This document shows positions 46,443 to 55,655 of a stretch of DNA of 64,000 nt, in pieces. Where the stretch lies: assembly GCA_937873455.1 (NCBI GenBank), contig CALMYG010000177.1, positions 60,118-124,117 on the forward strand. The letters are read 5' to 3'. The notes under the pieces are model-generated. The model saw only the letters and a list, made by a program, of their open reading frames with translations, had not been told where the DNA came from and did not search any database. A program made the position numbers and the translations under genes. The DNA comes from an uncultured Verrucomicrobiota bacterium. Lineage in GTDB: Bacteria; Verrucomicrobiota; Kiritimatiellia; CAIVKH01. Every line of letters begins with the position of its first letter. Position 1 is the stretch's first letter.

Positions 46443-47465
46443 TCACCCGGAAGGCCCGGTATCCGTGACCCAGGCCATGCGTCCAGCGCGAACCGGCGCG
46501 GATTGGCCGGCAATCATCAGCGACAAATCCGGCAGCAAGTCGACCACGCGGCCCACCACGGATGGCGCCACGGATTGCCAATCCTCCACGCCCTCCGGCC
46601 AAATCGTCACCTCCCGGCCAATAAAACCCGCGCAGGATCGGTAGCGATCAAAAATACCCGCCCAACGTCCGGCCTTCAGCTCCTCCACCCCGGCATGTAA
46701 ACGCGTTGTTATCTCCTGGAAAATCCTGGGTAAGGCGTCGCGAAGGCTGGAGTCCGCATCGCCCAGGCAAATCGCGCGCGGAACAAATGGCGTGGGCGGG
46801 ACCTGGGGCGCCACGGCAATGTTCAATCCGATACCGAAGACCACGCGATCGACCGTAGCGCCGCGCACGCTGGTTGCGGTTAAAACGCCGGCGACTTTGC
46901 CATCCCCCAGCAGCACGTCATTGACCCACTTGATCCGCGGATGCAACCGCCCACCGGAAATCGAGGCGATGGACTCGGCGGCAACCACCGCGGGTAACAT
47001 GGTCAATGCGGCCTGGGCAGCCGCGGCATCACAACCGAGATCATAGTGAGCGGTAAGGTGAAGGTTGCCCGGACACGCCGTCCACGGGCGCTGGCGTTGC
47101 CCTTGAAATCCTTGACCGCCTAGCGCCAGCGCAACCAGGCGATCCGGTAACGCCACGCCGGATTTCCAACCCTGCAACACCGCCTTGAATTGTGAGGCGG
47201 ACGCGAATTCGATCACCAGATAATGAGCGTCCGCAGGTTCGGAATTCGGGGATGCGGTGACCGTCCAGGCGGGCTCCTTGCCTTCGTGAAACAAGGGCCA
47301 GCAGCTCGGCCATGGCTCGGGCGCCTCGGAAACCTTACCCGTTTGCCACTCCCCAACACCGGGCAGCAGGCGCTCGACCGCCTGGGGATGATCGGTCAAC
47401 CAGGTGATCATGGTTGTCGCGCCAAGACCGGCGAGTAAAGACCCTTGAGTTCCCGGTTCCACCAC
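46443..47465 (-). CDS. birA: Biotin--protein ligase (BirA-like)
   Basis: GQGFQGQRQRPW corresponds to the GRGRxGRxW biotin-binding loop. KWVNDVLL and VFGIGLNI match the BPL catalytic core. Confidence 0.7.
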   Translation of the reverse strand: MVEPGTQGSLLAGLGATTMITWLTDHPQAVERLLPGVGEWQTGKVSEAPEPWPSCWPLFHEGKEPAWTVTASPNSEPADAHYLVIEFASASQFKAVLQGWKSGVALPDRLVALALGGQGFQGQRQRPWTACPGNLHLTAHYDLGCDAAAAQAALTMLPAVVAAESIASISGGRLHPRIKWVNDVLLGDGKVAGVLTATSVRGATVDRVVFGIGLNIAVAPQVPPTPFVPRAICLGDADSSLRDALPRIFQEITTRLHAGVEELKAGRWAGIFDRYRSCAGFIGREVTIWPEGVEDWQSVAPSVVGRVVDLLPDLSLMIAGQSAPVRAGRMAWVTDTGPSG

Positions 47466-48868
47466 TGATGCTCCCGGCGGAGTTGGCGGCGGCCGGCGAA
47501 CGAGTATTCGTACAGCAGGGCCCGCATGTAACGCGGCGGTTCCTCGGCAAAAGGATTGTTTTCCAGAAGATCAAGTACGTCCGGCCGGCCCTCCATCATG
47601 GCGATCATCAAGCGCTGCAACCAAGGCTGATGCTCAAACCGGCCGAGCGCGGCAAACCACATTTGCCAATCCAGTCGCGGCATGTGCGGAGCGACAAACA
47701 GCGGCGTGCGATGGACATCACCCGGCTTGTACATGAATTCATAGGCCGTCCAATTGATGCCGTCCCGGCTGCCCTCCATGATGATTTCCGGGCGTGACTT
47801 GGTCATGGCGGCGAACAAACCGTAGGCATTGATGCTTCGAAACGGCGCGGCGGCGGCCGCCAAATGCTGCACCGGACTCGGCCACACGATATCCCGCTTC
47901 ACCATGGAAATAAATGCGGGTACGGAAACCGCCAGAATCACCACCGAAGCCACCCACCGAAAGCCGACCAACGCCGGCTGTTTTCGCCAGTTATCGACCG
48001 GCGGAGGCGTGTCCCGGGCGGCACGCGAGAACCAGCGATCATCCAACAACGGGACGCAAAGGACCATGGTCAGGATGTTGAAAAAACCATAATTCCCGGT
48101 CCCCATGATCATCACCTGCAAAAACATCAGCAAGGCAAAGGCTGCGGTTCGCGCCCGGTGTCCGGCAAAAATCAGGAAGGGCACGACCAGTTCAATAACG
48201 AACATGATAGCGGTGGATGTCTTGAGGAACCACAGCGGAGCCTGATGAAAATACCAAGCGGTCCAGGTCGGAAGCGGCTGCGTCCAGAAATGGTAGGTCA
48301 AGGCTGTGAGATCCCACCAACTGGCATCCTGGCTGGCCAGCTTGACATAACCGGCCGCGAACATGAGGCGGAATAATAGCCAATGCAGTAAAAAGATCAC
48401 CAAGCGGGACGGCTCCGGATTGACCGACGGTCGCGAACGCCATGACGGACGCGCCAGCAAAATCGCCAAAAATCCCGCTTCCAGTAAAAGGTTGTCCCAC
48501 TGAAAAGCAAAAAAGGTTTGCCCCGCCACCGTCATGGACAAATACAAGACCCACAGCATGGCCGACGCCACCAAGGGAACCAAACCGGCGAGGAGCAGCA
48601 CGCCCAGAACCATACCCGCCCAGCAAAATGCCATCAGCGCGGCATCTCCACTCCACCACCACACCAAGGAAGGAAGCCGCCACCAACCGCCGACACCCAA
48701 CACCTCACCGGCTTGTCGGAAAAACTCACCAGCGGGAAGAATCCCTCCCGTGCCGATCAAACCATGCACTTGGGTCGACAGGGAATAAAAAGCAATCGCA
48801 TACACCCCACCCAACAGGCGGATAAAGAGGTCCGCGGCATACCGATAGGAAGAACGGCTCAATTCCAT
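47408..48868 (-). CDS. Lipase-maturation-factor-like (LMF1/DUF1222) polytopic membrane protein
   Basis: It has ~10 TM helices and W-rich loops (AFQWDNLLLEAGFLAIL, HFWTQPLPTW, DWQMWFAAL), consistent with the LMF family. It is ~486 aa. Confidence 0.6.
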   Translation of the reverse strand: MELSRSSYRYAADLFIRLLGGVYAIAFYSLSTQVHGLIGTGGILPAGEFFRQAGEVLGVGGWWRLPSLVWWWSGDAALMAFCWAGMVLGVLLLAGLVPLVASAMLWVLYLSMTVAGQTFFAFQWDNLLLEAGFLAILLARPSWRSRPSVNPEPSRLVIFLLHWLLFRLMFAAGYVKLASQDASWWDLTALTYHFWTQPLPTWTAWYFHQAPLWFLKTSTAIMFVIELVVPFLIFAGHRARTAAFALLMFLQVMIMGTGNYGFFNILTMVLCVPLLDDRWFSRAARDTPPPVDNWRKQPALVGFRWVASVVILAVSVPAFISMVKRDIVWPSPVQHLAAAAAPFRSINAYGLFAAMTKSRPEIIMEGSRDGINWTAYEFMYKPGDVHRTPLFVAPHMPRLDWQMWFAALGRFEHQPWLQRLMIAMMEGRPDVLDLLENNPFAEEPPRYMRALLYEYSFAGRRQLRREHQWWNRELKGLYSPVLARQP

Positions 48869-49081
48869 GGCCCTTTATAACACAAAGAACCGCTTTACTA
48901 AACATTTTTTGAATGATTTGTTACAAATATTACACCGGTTGACGGGATGGCCACGTTGAGTAACTTGACGGGAACGATACCCCGTGCATGATGAACGGCA
49001 TTCATGAATAGGCCGAACAACTCATGCCGCTGAATCCTTGGGAACACCACCAGTAACGGATCCGCTTGATCGGTAATCACT

Positions 49082-50539
49082 ATGGGTAACAGTCATTTTT
49101 CAGGTAAGCCGGCATTTGCAAATCGCGGCGTCATGCTGGACATCAGCCGAAACAAAGTCCCCACCATGACCAGCCTCAAGGCCATGGTGGATGAACTTGC
49201 CCAATGGGGCATTAACCACGTGCAACTCTACACGGAGCACACCTTCGCTTATCCCGGGCACGAGGACATTTGGCGTGATGCTTCGCCGATGACCCGGGAA
49301 GAAGTGATTGAACTTGATGGTTACTGCCGCGCACGCGGCATCGAACTGGTCGCCAATCAAAACTCCCTGGGTCACTTGCATCGTTGGCTGCGTCATCCGC
49401 GTTACTTGCCGCTGGCTGAATGTCCCGACGGTTATGACACCCCGTGGGGCGAGCGCCGGAGCGGACCGTTTAGCCTGAATCCCGTCGACCCGGCCGCCTT
49501 GGCGCTGCTTGCCGATTGGTACGATGCGCTGCTTCCCTGTTTCTCCAGCTCCCTGGTCAATGTGGGTTGCGATGAAGCCTTTGATTTAGGTCAGGGAAAA
49601 AGCCGGCCCGCCTGCGAAACCACCGGTAAAGGGCGGATCTACCTCACCTATTTGCACCACGTAAAACACCTGGTCGAGGCGCGAGGTAAAACCATGATGT
49701 TCTGGGGGGATATTATTCTAAACTATCCCGAATTGATCCCGGAGCTTGAACGCAACGCAATCGCGCTGGTCTGGGGATACGAAGCGGATCACCCGTTTGA
49801 TGCCCAATGCCGTCTATTCAAGGAGGCTGGCATTCCGTTCTGGGTCTGCCCCGGCACGTCCACGTGGAATAGCATTTGCGGGCGATTCGACAACATGATC
49901 GGAAACCTCCAGGCGGCCGCGACGGCTGGACGAGCGCATGGGGCGGAAGGGTTTTTAATCACCGAGTGGGGGGACAATGGACACTGGCAAACCAAACCCT
50001 TCAGCCGCCTCGCCTTGGCCGCGGGAGCGTTCGCCGCCTGGCACGGACGAGCGCCATCGGAGACAGAACTCGCGGAGTTGGTTGCCCCTGCCCCCTTGTT
50101 AATCGCTCTCGGGCGTGTATACCGAATGGCCGGTTTCGACCTTCCGAATTCCAGCCCACTTTTCTCTTTGATCCGCTTCCAGAATCCCCAAGCCGTTCTT
50201 GATCGTTGGAGCGTCGAAACGCTGGAACACGCCTCACGGCAGGTTGACGCCATCATGGCGAACGGCGCCGACGCCCTGGCATCGCTCCTGCCGCTGGAGG
50301 CAAAAGAAATTGAACTGGCCGCCCGCATGCTGGGTCATGCCCTGCGGCGCGGACGCTGGCTGAAACGCGGCCAGCCAAGCAGCGAAACCCCGGCACTCGC
50401 CGCCGATCTCGAGGGTATTCGCAAGACGCTGGCCGAGCTTTGGCTCATCCGAAATCGACCAGGCGGCCTGGATGAAAGTTTGGCGCCGCTCGACAACCGC
50501 TTGATGGAATACCGGGCGGTCACCGGCCAAACGACCTGA
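49082..50539 (+). CDS. Glycoside hydrolase family 20-like (beta-N-acetylhexosaminidase catalytic domain) protein
   Basis: RGVMLDISRN is the GH20 R-G-x-M-L-D-x-S-R motif. VGCDEAF matches the H-x-G-G-D-E catalytic pair region. ...WGYE... and a W-rich barrel are present. I see no obvious signal peptide. Confidence 0.6.
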   Translation: MGNSHFSGKPAFANRGVMLDISRNKVPTMTSLKAMVDELAQWGINHVQLYTEHTFAYPGHEDIWRDASPMTREEVIELDGYCRARGIELVANQNSLGHLHRWLRHPRYLPLAECPDGYDTPWGERRSGPFSLNPVDPAALALLADWYDALLPCFSSSLVNVGCDEAFDLGQGKSRPACETTGKGRIYLTYLHHVKHLVEARGKTMMFWGDIILNYPELIPELERNAIALVWGYEADHPFDAQCRLFKEAGIPFWVCPGTSTWNSICGRFDNMIGNLQAAATAGRAHGAEGFLITEWGDNGHWQTKPFSRLALAAGAFAAWHGRAPSETELAELVAPAPLLIALGRVYRMAGFDLPNSSPLFSLIRFQNPQAVLDRWSVETLEHASRQVDAIMANGADALASLLPLEAKEIELAARMLGHALRRGRWLKRGQPSSETPALAADLEGIRKTLAELWLIRNRPGGLDESLAPLDNRLMEYRAVTGQTT

Positions 50540-50588
50540 TGGCGCGACCAGAATTCCGGCCCCCGCGACGGCTCAGGAAATCAGGGCA

Positions 50589-50993
50589 TCATGCGTCAGC
50601 CGGCAGTACGCGTACCCATACATCCCTGGAGCGCGGCCCGTCGAACTCACAGAAAAATATACCCTGCCACGTACCGAGAGCCAGACGTCCATTGCGAATA
50701 GGGACCATGGCCGATGAGCCCATCATGGCCGCCTTGATATGCGCAGCGGAATTGCCTTCGCCATGCCGGTACTTGGGATCATCCCAAGGCACCATGCGGT
50801 CCAACATCATGACCATATCGCGGGCAACATCGGGGTCGGCATGCTCATTCACGGTCACGCCCGCCGTGGTGTGCGGAACATAAACCACCGCCACGCCCTC
50901 CTGAAGGCCCGACGACTCCACGGCGTGCCGAACCTCCCGGGTAATTTCCACAAAGTGAGATCGGCCGCTTGTTTTCAGGGAAAATTGCTTCAT
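50589..50993 (-). CDS. YjbQ/UPF0047-family protein (secondary thiamine-phosphate-synthase-like)
   Basis: It is 134 aa. ...YVPHTTAGVTVNE..DPDV..D.. and ...HIKAAMMG... are conserved family blocks. Confidence 0.75.
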   Translation of the reverse strand: MKQFSLKTSGRSHFVEITREVRHAVESSGLQEGVAVVYVPHTTAGVTVNEHADPDVARDMVMMLDRMVPWDDPKYRHGEGNSAAHIKAAMMGSSAMVPIRNGRLALGTWQGIFFCEFDGPRSRDVWVRVLPADA

Positions 50994-51047
50994 TTGCGGA
51001 TTAAGTTATGGCATAAGTCTCCGCGTCGACAAGTAAAAGCCTCCGGC

Positions 51048-52307
51048 ATGCACGCCTCTTTGATACAAGAAATAATCGCCCTGATTTTATTACTAGGGGC
51101 ATCGGGTCTGTTTTCCAGCGCGGAGACGATTTTTTTCTCCCTCAGCCCCCTGCAGGTCCGCCGCATCACCGAAAAGCATCCTGGAACCGGCGCCCGGTTG
51201 CATGCCATGGTCAATCAACCCGGCCGCTTGCTTTCCACCATCCTCATCGGCAACACCATCATCAACGTGGCGACCGCGGCGGTCGGCTACGCCATCGCCG
51301 ACAATCTTTTCAAGGGTCATGGCGAGTGGGTGGCCATTCCCGCCGTGACCATCTTGCTGATCCTGTTTGGTGAGGTCGCCCCCAAACGCATCGGGCTGTA
51401 TTATGCCGAAAAAATCAGCGTGGTTTATGTGCCGCTGTTTCAACTGGTAACCGTAATCTTTAGCCCGCTCCGGTTTGTCCTCGAAAAAATCACCAAGGGC
51501 TTTGAGCCGCTGTTGCGCCCTCATGGCAAATCGTTGAGCAGCGAGGAATTTGAAACCGTGCTGGAAATCGGCAACGAAGCCGGCGTCCTGAACGCCGATG
51601 AGTTGGCCATGCTGAAAGCCATCATTCAACTGGAAGACCTCACCGCCGCCGACGTCATGACGCCGCGCGTCGACATTGTCGGACTGGACCTAGGCGACGA
51701 AACGCTTGGCCCCGGGGATTATATCGAAACCGCCCGCAAAGCGCGCCGCAACTTTCTTGTGGTTTTTCACGACACCATGGATCAGGTCCTGGGGTTTCTG
51801 GATGTGCGGCGCTACCTGTTGGATCCGGACCACGTACTGGAGGCAGCCATCCTGCCGCCCTATTACGTTCCGGTCAGCGCCCCGCTCAACCGCCTGCTGA
51901 CCGACTTCCAGAAACAGCACCGCCGCGTGGCCATCGCGGTGGATGAATACGGCGGCACCGCCGGCATCATCACCCGCGGCGATATCCTCGAGGAGATCAC
52001 CGGGGAAATTTACCAGGAACTAAACAAGCCGCGCCCGCTTTTTCAACCGGCTGGTCCGAATCGATGGCTGGTTGACGCCAACTTCAGCCTGGAAGAATTA
52101 AACCGCAAACTGGACCTGGACTTGGATAGCGAGGGCGGCGACCGACTGGCCGGATGGATCGCCGAACATGTCGGCCATCTACCCCAGAAAGATGATGTGG
52201 TTGAGGCGCAGGGTATCCGGGTGACGGTGCTGCAAACCATCCGGCTCCGGGTGACGCTGGCCATGGTGGAGAAGCTACCGCACGGTGATGAGGAGGCCAC
52301 GTCATGA
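51048..52307 (+). CDS. CNNM/CorC-family protein with DUF21 transmembrane, tandem CBS and CorC_HlyC domains
   Basis: The N-terminal DUF21 (LLGASGLFSSAETIFFS) is followed by a CBS pair and a C-terminal transporter-associated domain. The start was assigned to the ATG at 51048. Confidence 0.8.
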   Translation: MHASLIQEIIALILLLGASGLFSSAETIFFSLSPLQVRRITEKHPGTGARLHAMVNQPGRLLSTILIGNTIINVATAAVGYAIADNLFKGHGEWVAIPAVTILLILFGEVAPKRIGLYYAEKISVVYVPLFQLVTVIFSPLRFVLEKITKGFEPLLRPHGKSLSSEEFETVLEIGNEAGVLNADELAMLKAIIQLEDLTAADVMTPRVDIVGLDLGDETLGPGDYIETARKARRNFLVVFHDTMDQVLGFLDVRRYLLDPDHVLEAAILPPYYVPVSAPLNRLLTDFQKQHRRVAIAVDEYGGTAGIITRGDILEEITGEIYQELNKPRPLFQPAGPNRWLVDANFSLEELNRKLDLDLDSEGGDRLAGWIAEHVGHLPQKDDVVEAQGIRVTVLQTIRLRVTLAMVEKLPHGDEEATS

Positions 52308-53269
52308 CCGCGATTGAATTCGTGATCATTGCGGCTTGTCTGATCGGCTCGGCGTTTTTCTCCGGCATTGAAACCGGGATGATTTCCATCAATCGCCTCC
52401 GGTTGCGCCATCTCGTCCGGCACAAGATCAAAGGCGCCGATATTCTTCAGGATTTTCTGGAAAAGCCGGATTACCTGCTCGGCACCACCCTGGTCGGCAA
52501 CAACATCGTCAACACCATGTTGTCGATTGTCGCGGTCAGCGTGGGCGGCCGCTTATTCGGAATCACCGGGTCCTGGATGGCCAGCGTTGGCGTGACCCTG
52601 ACCCTTCTGGTATTGTGTGAATACCTGCCAAAGGCCTGGTTCCGGAGCTTCCCCAGCCGCCGCTGCCTTCCTTTTGCCGGGGCCTTGCGCGTCATGGGGC
52701 GCATCCTCCATCCGTTTAGCCACGCCATGATGAGCATTGTTCGCCTTCTTACCCCGTTCATGAATTCGGCTACCGGAAACGCCTCCCCGGCGATCACCCG
52801 CGATGAAGTCTTGCACCTGGTGCGCGAAGGCCAGAAATCCGGTGCCTTGTCGCAGGATGAGGTCCGCATGATCACCGGCGTTTTTGAACTGCGCACCATG
52901 ACCTGCGCCGAAGTAATGACCCCGCGTAAGGATATGGTCTACATCCACCCCGACACGCTATACGACGACATTCTGATGTTCGCCCGCGCCCAGCAAGCCG
53001 ATCAATTCGCGGTTTTCGACCGCGAACGCCAGATGTTCACGGGCATGGTCTACGTCTTTGATATTCTCGCCGACGACAATCCGAAGGGAAAATGCGCGAA
53101 AGATTACATGCGCCCGCCGCAGCTAGTCGCGGCGGCCACGCCGGTCGACCATGTTTTGCCCCGCATGCGGGTGACCAAGCAACCCATCGTCCTGGTCACC
53201 GACGAAAAATATCAGGTCGTCGGCAGCGTCACCCTTGATCTGGTGCTCCAGGAGATTGTCGGCACCTAA
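52304..53269 (+). CDS. DUF21-CBS domain protein (CNNM/CorC paralog that lacks a clear CorC C-terminal domain)
   Basis: FFSGIETGMISIN is the DUF21 motif, followed by a CBS pair. Its start overlaps the upstream paralog's stop by 4 nt. Confidence 0.75.
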   Translation: MTAIEFVIIAACLIGSAFFSGIETGMISINRLRLRHLVRHKIKGADILQDFLEKPDYLLGTTLVGNNIVNTMLSIVAVSVGGRLFGITGSWMASVGVTLTLLVLCEYLPKAWFRSFPSRRCLPFAGALRVMGRILHPFSHAMMSIVRLLTPFMNSATGNASPAITRDEVLHLVREGQKSGALSQDEVRMITGVFELRTMTCAEVMTPRKDMVYIHPDTLYDDILMFARAQQADQFAVFDRERQMFTGMVYVFDILADDNPKGKCAKDYMRPPQLVAAATPVDHVLPRMRVTKQPIVLVTDEKYQVVGSVTLDLVLQEIVGT

Positions 53270-53284
53270 GCGGCGGCCTCCCGG

Positions 53285-53632
53285 TCAACGGAACATGAAG
53301 TACACCGCGCCGACCAGACAGAGGCCCGCCCAAATGAAATCCAGCCGGAACGGTTCGTTCATGTAGTAAATACTGAACGGGATAAACACCGACAGCGTGA
53401 TCACTTCCTGAAGAATCTTAAGTTGACCCAGATTCAGCTCGCTGTAGCCGATGCGATTGGCCGGAACGTGAACGAGGTATTCAAACAATGCGATTCCCCA
53501 ACTGATCAACGCGGCAATAATCCATGGCTTTTCGCGCAGGTCCTTGAGATGCGCATACCAGGCGAATGTCATAAAGATATTGGAAAGCGTCAACAGACCG
53601 ACGGTTTGCCATAACACAGGGATAGGATTCAT
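53285..53632 (-). CDS. Small 4-TM membrane protein (DMT/DUF486-like)
   Basis: It is 115 aa from MNPIPVLWQ, with four hydrophobic helices. The long listed ORF has an implausible Arg-rich extension. Confidence 0.5.
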   Translation of the reverse strand: MNPIPVLWQTVGLLTLSNIFMTFAWYAHLKDLREKPWIIAALISWGIALFEYLVHVPANRIGYSELNLGQLKILQEVITLSVFIPFSIYYMNEPFRLDFIWAGLCLVGAVYFMFR

Positions 53633-53697
53633 GGCGGGAGCATAATCACGCGGGAATCCTTGGCAAAACATTTTCCGGTCGTATATACTCATCCTGC

Positions 53698-54462
53698 ATG
53701 ACCTTTGAATCCGTTTGGATACCCTCCCGCGTTCCCGGCATTCCGGGCCGCCACATCCGGGTTTTCCTGCCCCCCGGATACGATCCTCATTCCACACCTG
53801 GTTATCCGACGCTCTACCTTCACGACGGCCAGAATGTCTTTGCGCCCGGAGGACCATTTGGTTGCTGGCGGGCCGAACAGGTCGCCGGTGAACTCATCGG
53901 GTCCGGTCGCACCCCGCCCTTTATCATCATCGCCATCGACAACGATGGCATCAACCGCCGCCACGAATACGTTCCGCCCGGCGATGCCTACGCCGGCGCG
54001 GAACCCGGACGAGCCGATGCTTATGCCCGTTTTGTGCTTGAGGACATCATGCCGCTGGTGAATGCGCGCTGGCGAACCCGTCCGGAACCGGAAGCTACCA
54101 CGGTGGGCGGTTCATCACTGGGCGGAGTCGTCAGCCTGTACCTCGCGCTGGAAACCGATCGATTCGGCGGGGCTGCCTCCCTGTCCACCGCCATCTGCTG
54201 GGCGCCGAATTACCTGACCGGCTTGGCTGGGCGATCCGGCGTTGCGCTTCGGCTCTACCACGACATTGGCACCGCCGAATACACCAGCATGGCCCCGGCC
54301 GATTACGAACACGCGCCCCGCCTGCTCCATGACCGGCTCACCGCGCTGCTCGTGAACCCCGAACCAAACCTGCGCTTTGTCGTCGCGGAAGCCGCCGACC
54401 ACAACGAGGCCGCATGGCATCAGCGGCTGCCCGACATCCTGACCTGGTTGATGAAACCATGA
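53698..54462 (+). CDS. Esterase-family alpha/beta hydrolase (putative esterase / enterochelin-esterase-like)
   Basis: The family N-terminus is ...RVFLPPGYDPHSTPGYPTLYLHDGQN.... The nucleophile elbow is GGSSLGG. Confidence 0.65.
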   Translation: MTFESVWIPSRVPGIPGRHIRVFLPPGYDPHSTPGYPTLYLHDGQNVFAPGGPFGCWRAEQVAGELIGSGRTPPFIIIAIDNDGINRRHEYVPPGDAYAGAEPGRADAYARFVLEDIMPLVNARWRTRPEPEATTVGGSSLGGVVSLYLALETDRFGGAASLSTAICWAPNYLTGLAGRSGVALRLYHDIGTAEYTSMAPADYEHAPRLLHDRLTALLVNPEPNLRFVVAEAADHNEAAWHQRLPDILTWLMKP

Positions 54463-55301
54463 AACGCAGATGGTTCAACACGGTCCTGACCGCCGCCCTA
54501 CTCCATACCGGCTGCGCGACCGTCCCCTACCGCCCCGGCGTAACGTACATCGATCCGCGCCTGCCTGCCGAACCGCTGGGCGAGGAACAAATCGTCCGGG
54601 GCAAACCTCACCGATGGCTCGACAAGTCTGACTGGATCTGGCCGGGCAGTTGGCTGGGCAAGCTCATCCTGTGGGATCGGCGCGTGGACAATCATACCAT
54701 TGGGGAGGAGACCGAGGCGATCATGCTCCGATATCTGGAAATCAACGACCTGCAACACGTAAAAGTTCGGCTGAATGCCTATCATGTACGCGATGAGTGG
54801 CGCCGATTGGTGGCCAACAAGTCCGTCGGCGCGGGATGGCGGTACACGATAGGCGTTTTAACCTGGCTTCACTATACGATATTGCCCGGCCGCTTTTTCG
54901 GAGGCGATCATTACAACCCATGGTCCAACACCATCCACTTATACTCCGATATTCCAGCCATTGCCCTACACGAGGGCGGACACGCCAAGGATTTCGCCAA
55001 CCGGAAATGGAAAGGCGCCTACGGCTTCGTCTACATTATCCCCCTGGTGGCGTTGTACCATGAAGCCATCGCCACCAGCGATGCCCTCGGGTACTTGCTG
55101 GCCGAGGAAAATGTGGATCTGCAGCGCGAGGGGTATCAAATCATGTATCCCGCCTACGGCACCTACCTCGGCGGCGGCTTCGAGCAGGTGGTTCCCATTT
55201 GGAATCCCGTCATGTTTATTGCCGGGGTGATCGGAGGCCATATCGTCGGACGCGCCGAAGCACGGCGACTGCCCGCGGAATCGCCCGTGGAGCCGGATTA
55301 A
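54459..55301 (+). CDS. Lipoprotein with an HExxH motif, a putative zinc-dependent hydrolase
   Basis: The signal plus lipobox is MKRRWFNTVLTAALLHTGC. HEGGHAKD is an HExxH motif. Its start overlaps the esterase stop by 4 nt. Confidence 0.45.
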   Translation: MKRRWFNTVLTAALLHTGCATVPYRPGVTYIDPRLPAEPLGEEQIVRGKPHRWLDKSDWIWPGSWLGKLILWDRRVDNHTIGEETEAIMLRYLEINDLQHVKVRLNAYHVRDEWRRLVANKSVGAGWRYTIGVLTWLHYTILPGRFFGGDHYNPWSNTIHLYSDIPAIALHEGGHAKDFANRKWKGAYGFVYIIPLVALYHEAIATSDALGYLLAEENVDLQREGYQIMYPAYGTYLGGGFEQVVPIWNPVMFIAGVIGGHIVGRAEARRLPAESPVEPD

Positions 55302-55651
55302 CTGCCCCGATACGTCGAATATCCGTAGGGGCTCAACAGTAGCGGAATGTGGTAATGCGCCGAGGTATCGCGAATCTCAAATACGATATCCGCATAGGGA
55401 TAAAACCCAGCGATCTTGACGGCGGAGAAGTAAGCTTCGGTGTTGAAATGCATCCGGTAGCGTCCCGGCTGAAGATCATGATCCGACGGCAACAAGTCGG
55501 CCACGCGACCATCCGCGTTGGTTGTGCCGGCGGACAGTTGCGTCCACTCCCCGGATGAAGCCTCGACAAACAACCGCACCGGAACACCCGCGGCGGGCTG
55601 CCCCAGCGCGGTATCGAGTACGTGCGTGGTGATCGGCGAACGTTTTGTCAT
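55298..55651 (-). CDS. hiuH: 5-hydroxyisourate hydrolase (transthyretin-like)
   Basis: It is 117 aa with HVLDTALGQPAAG at the N-terminus and the diagnostic C-terminal YRGS. Confidence 0.85.
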   Translation of the reverse strand: MTKRSPITTHVLDTALGQPAAGVPVRLFVEASSGEWTQLSAGTTNADGRVADLLPSDHDLQPGRYRMHFNTEAYFSAVKIAGFYPYADIVFEIRDTSAHYHIPLLLSPYGYSTYRGS

Positions 55652-55655
55652 GGCA

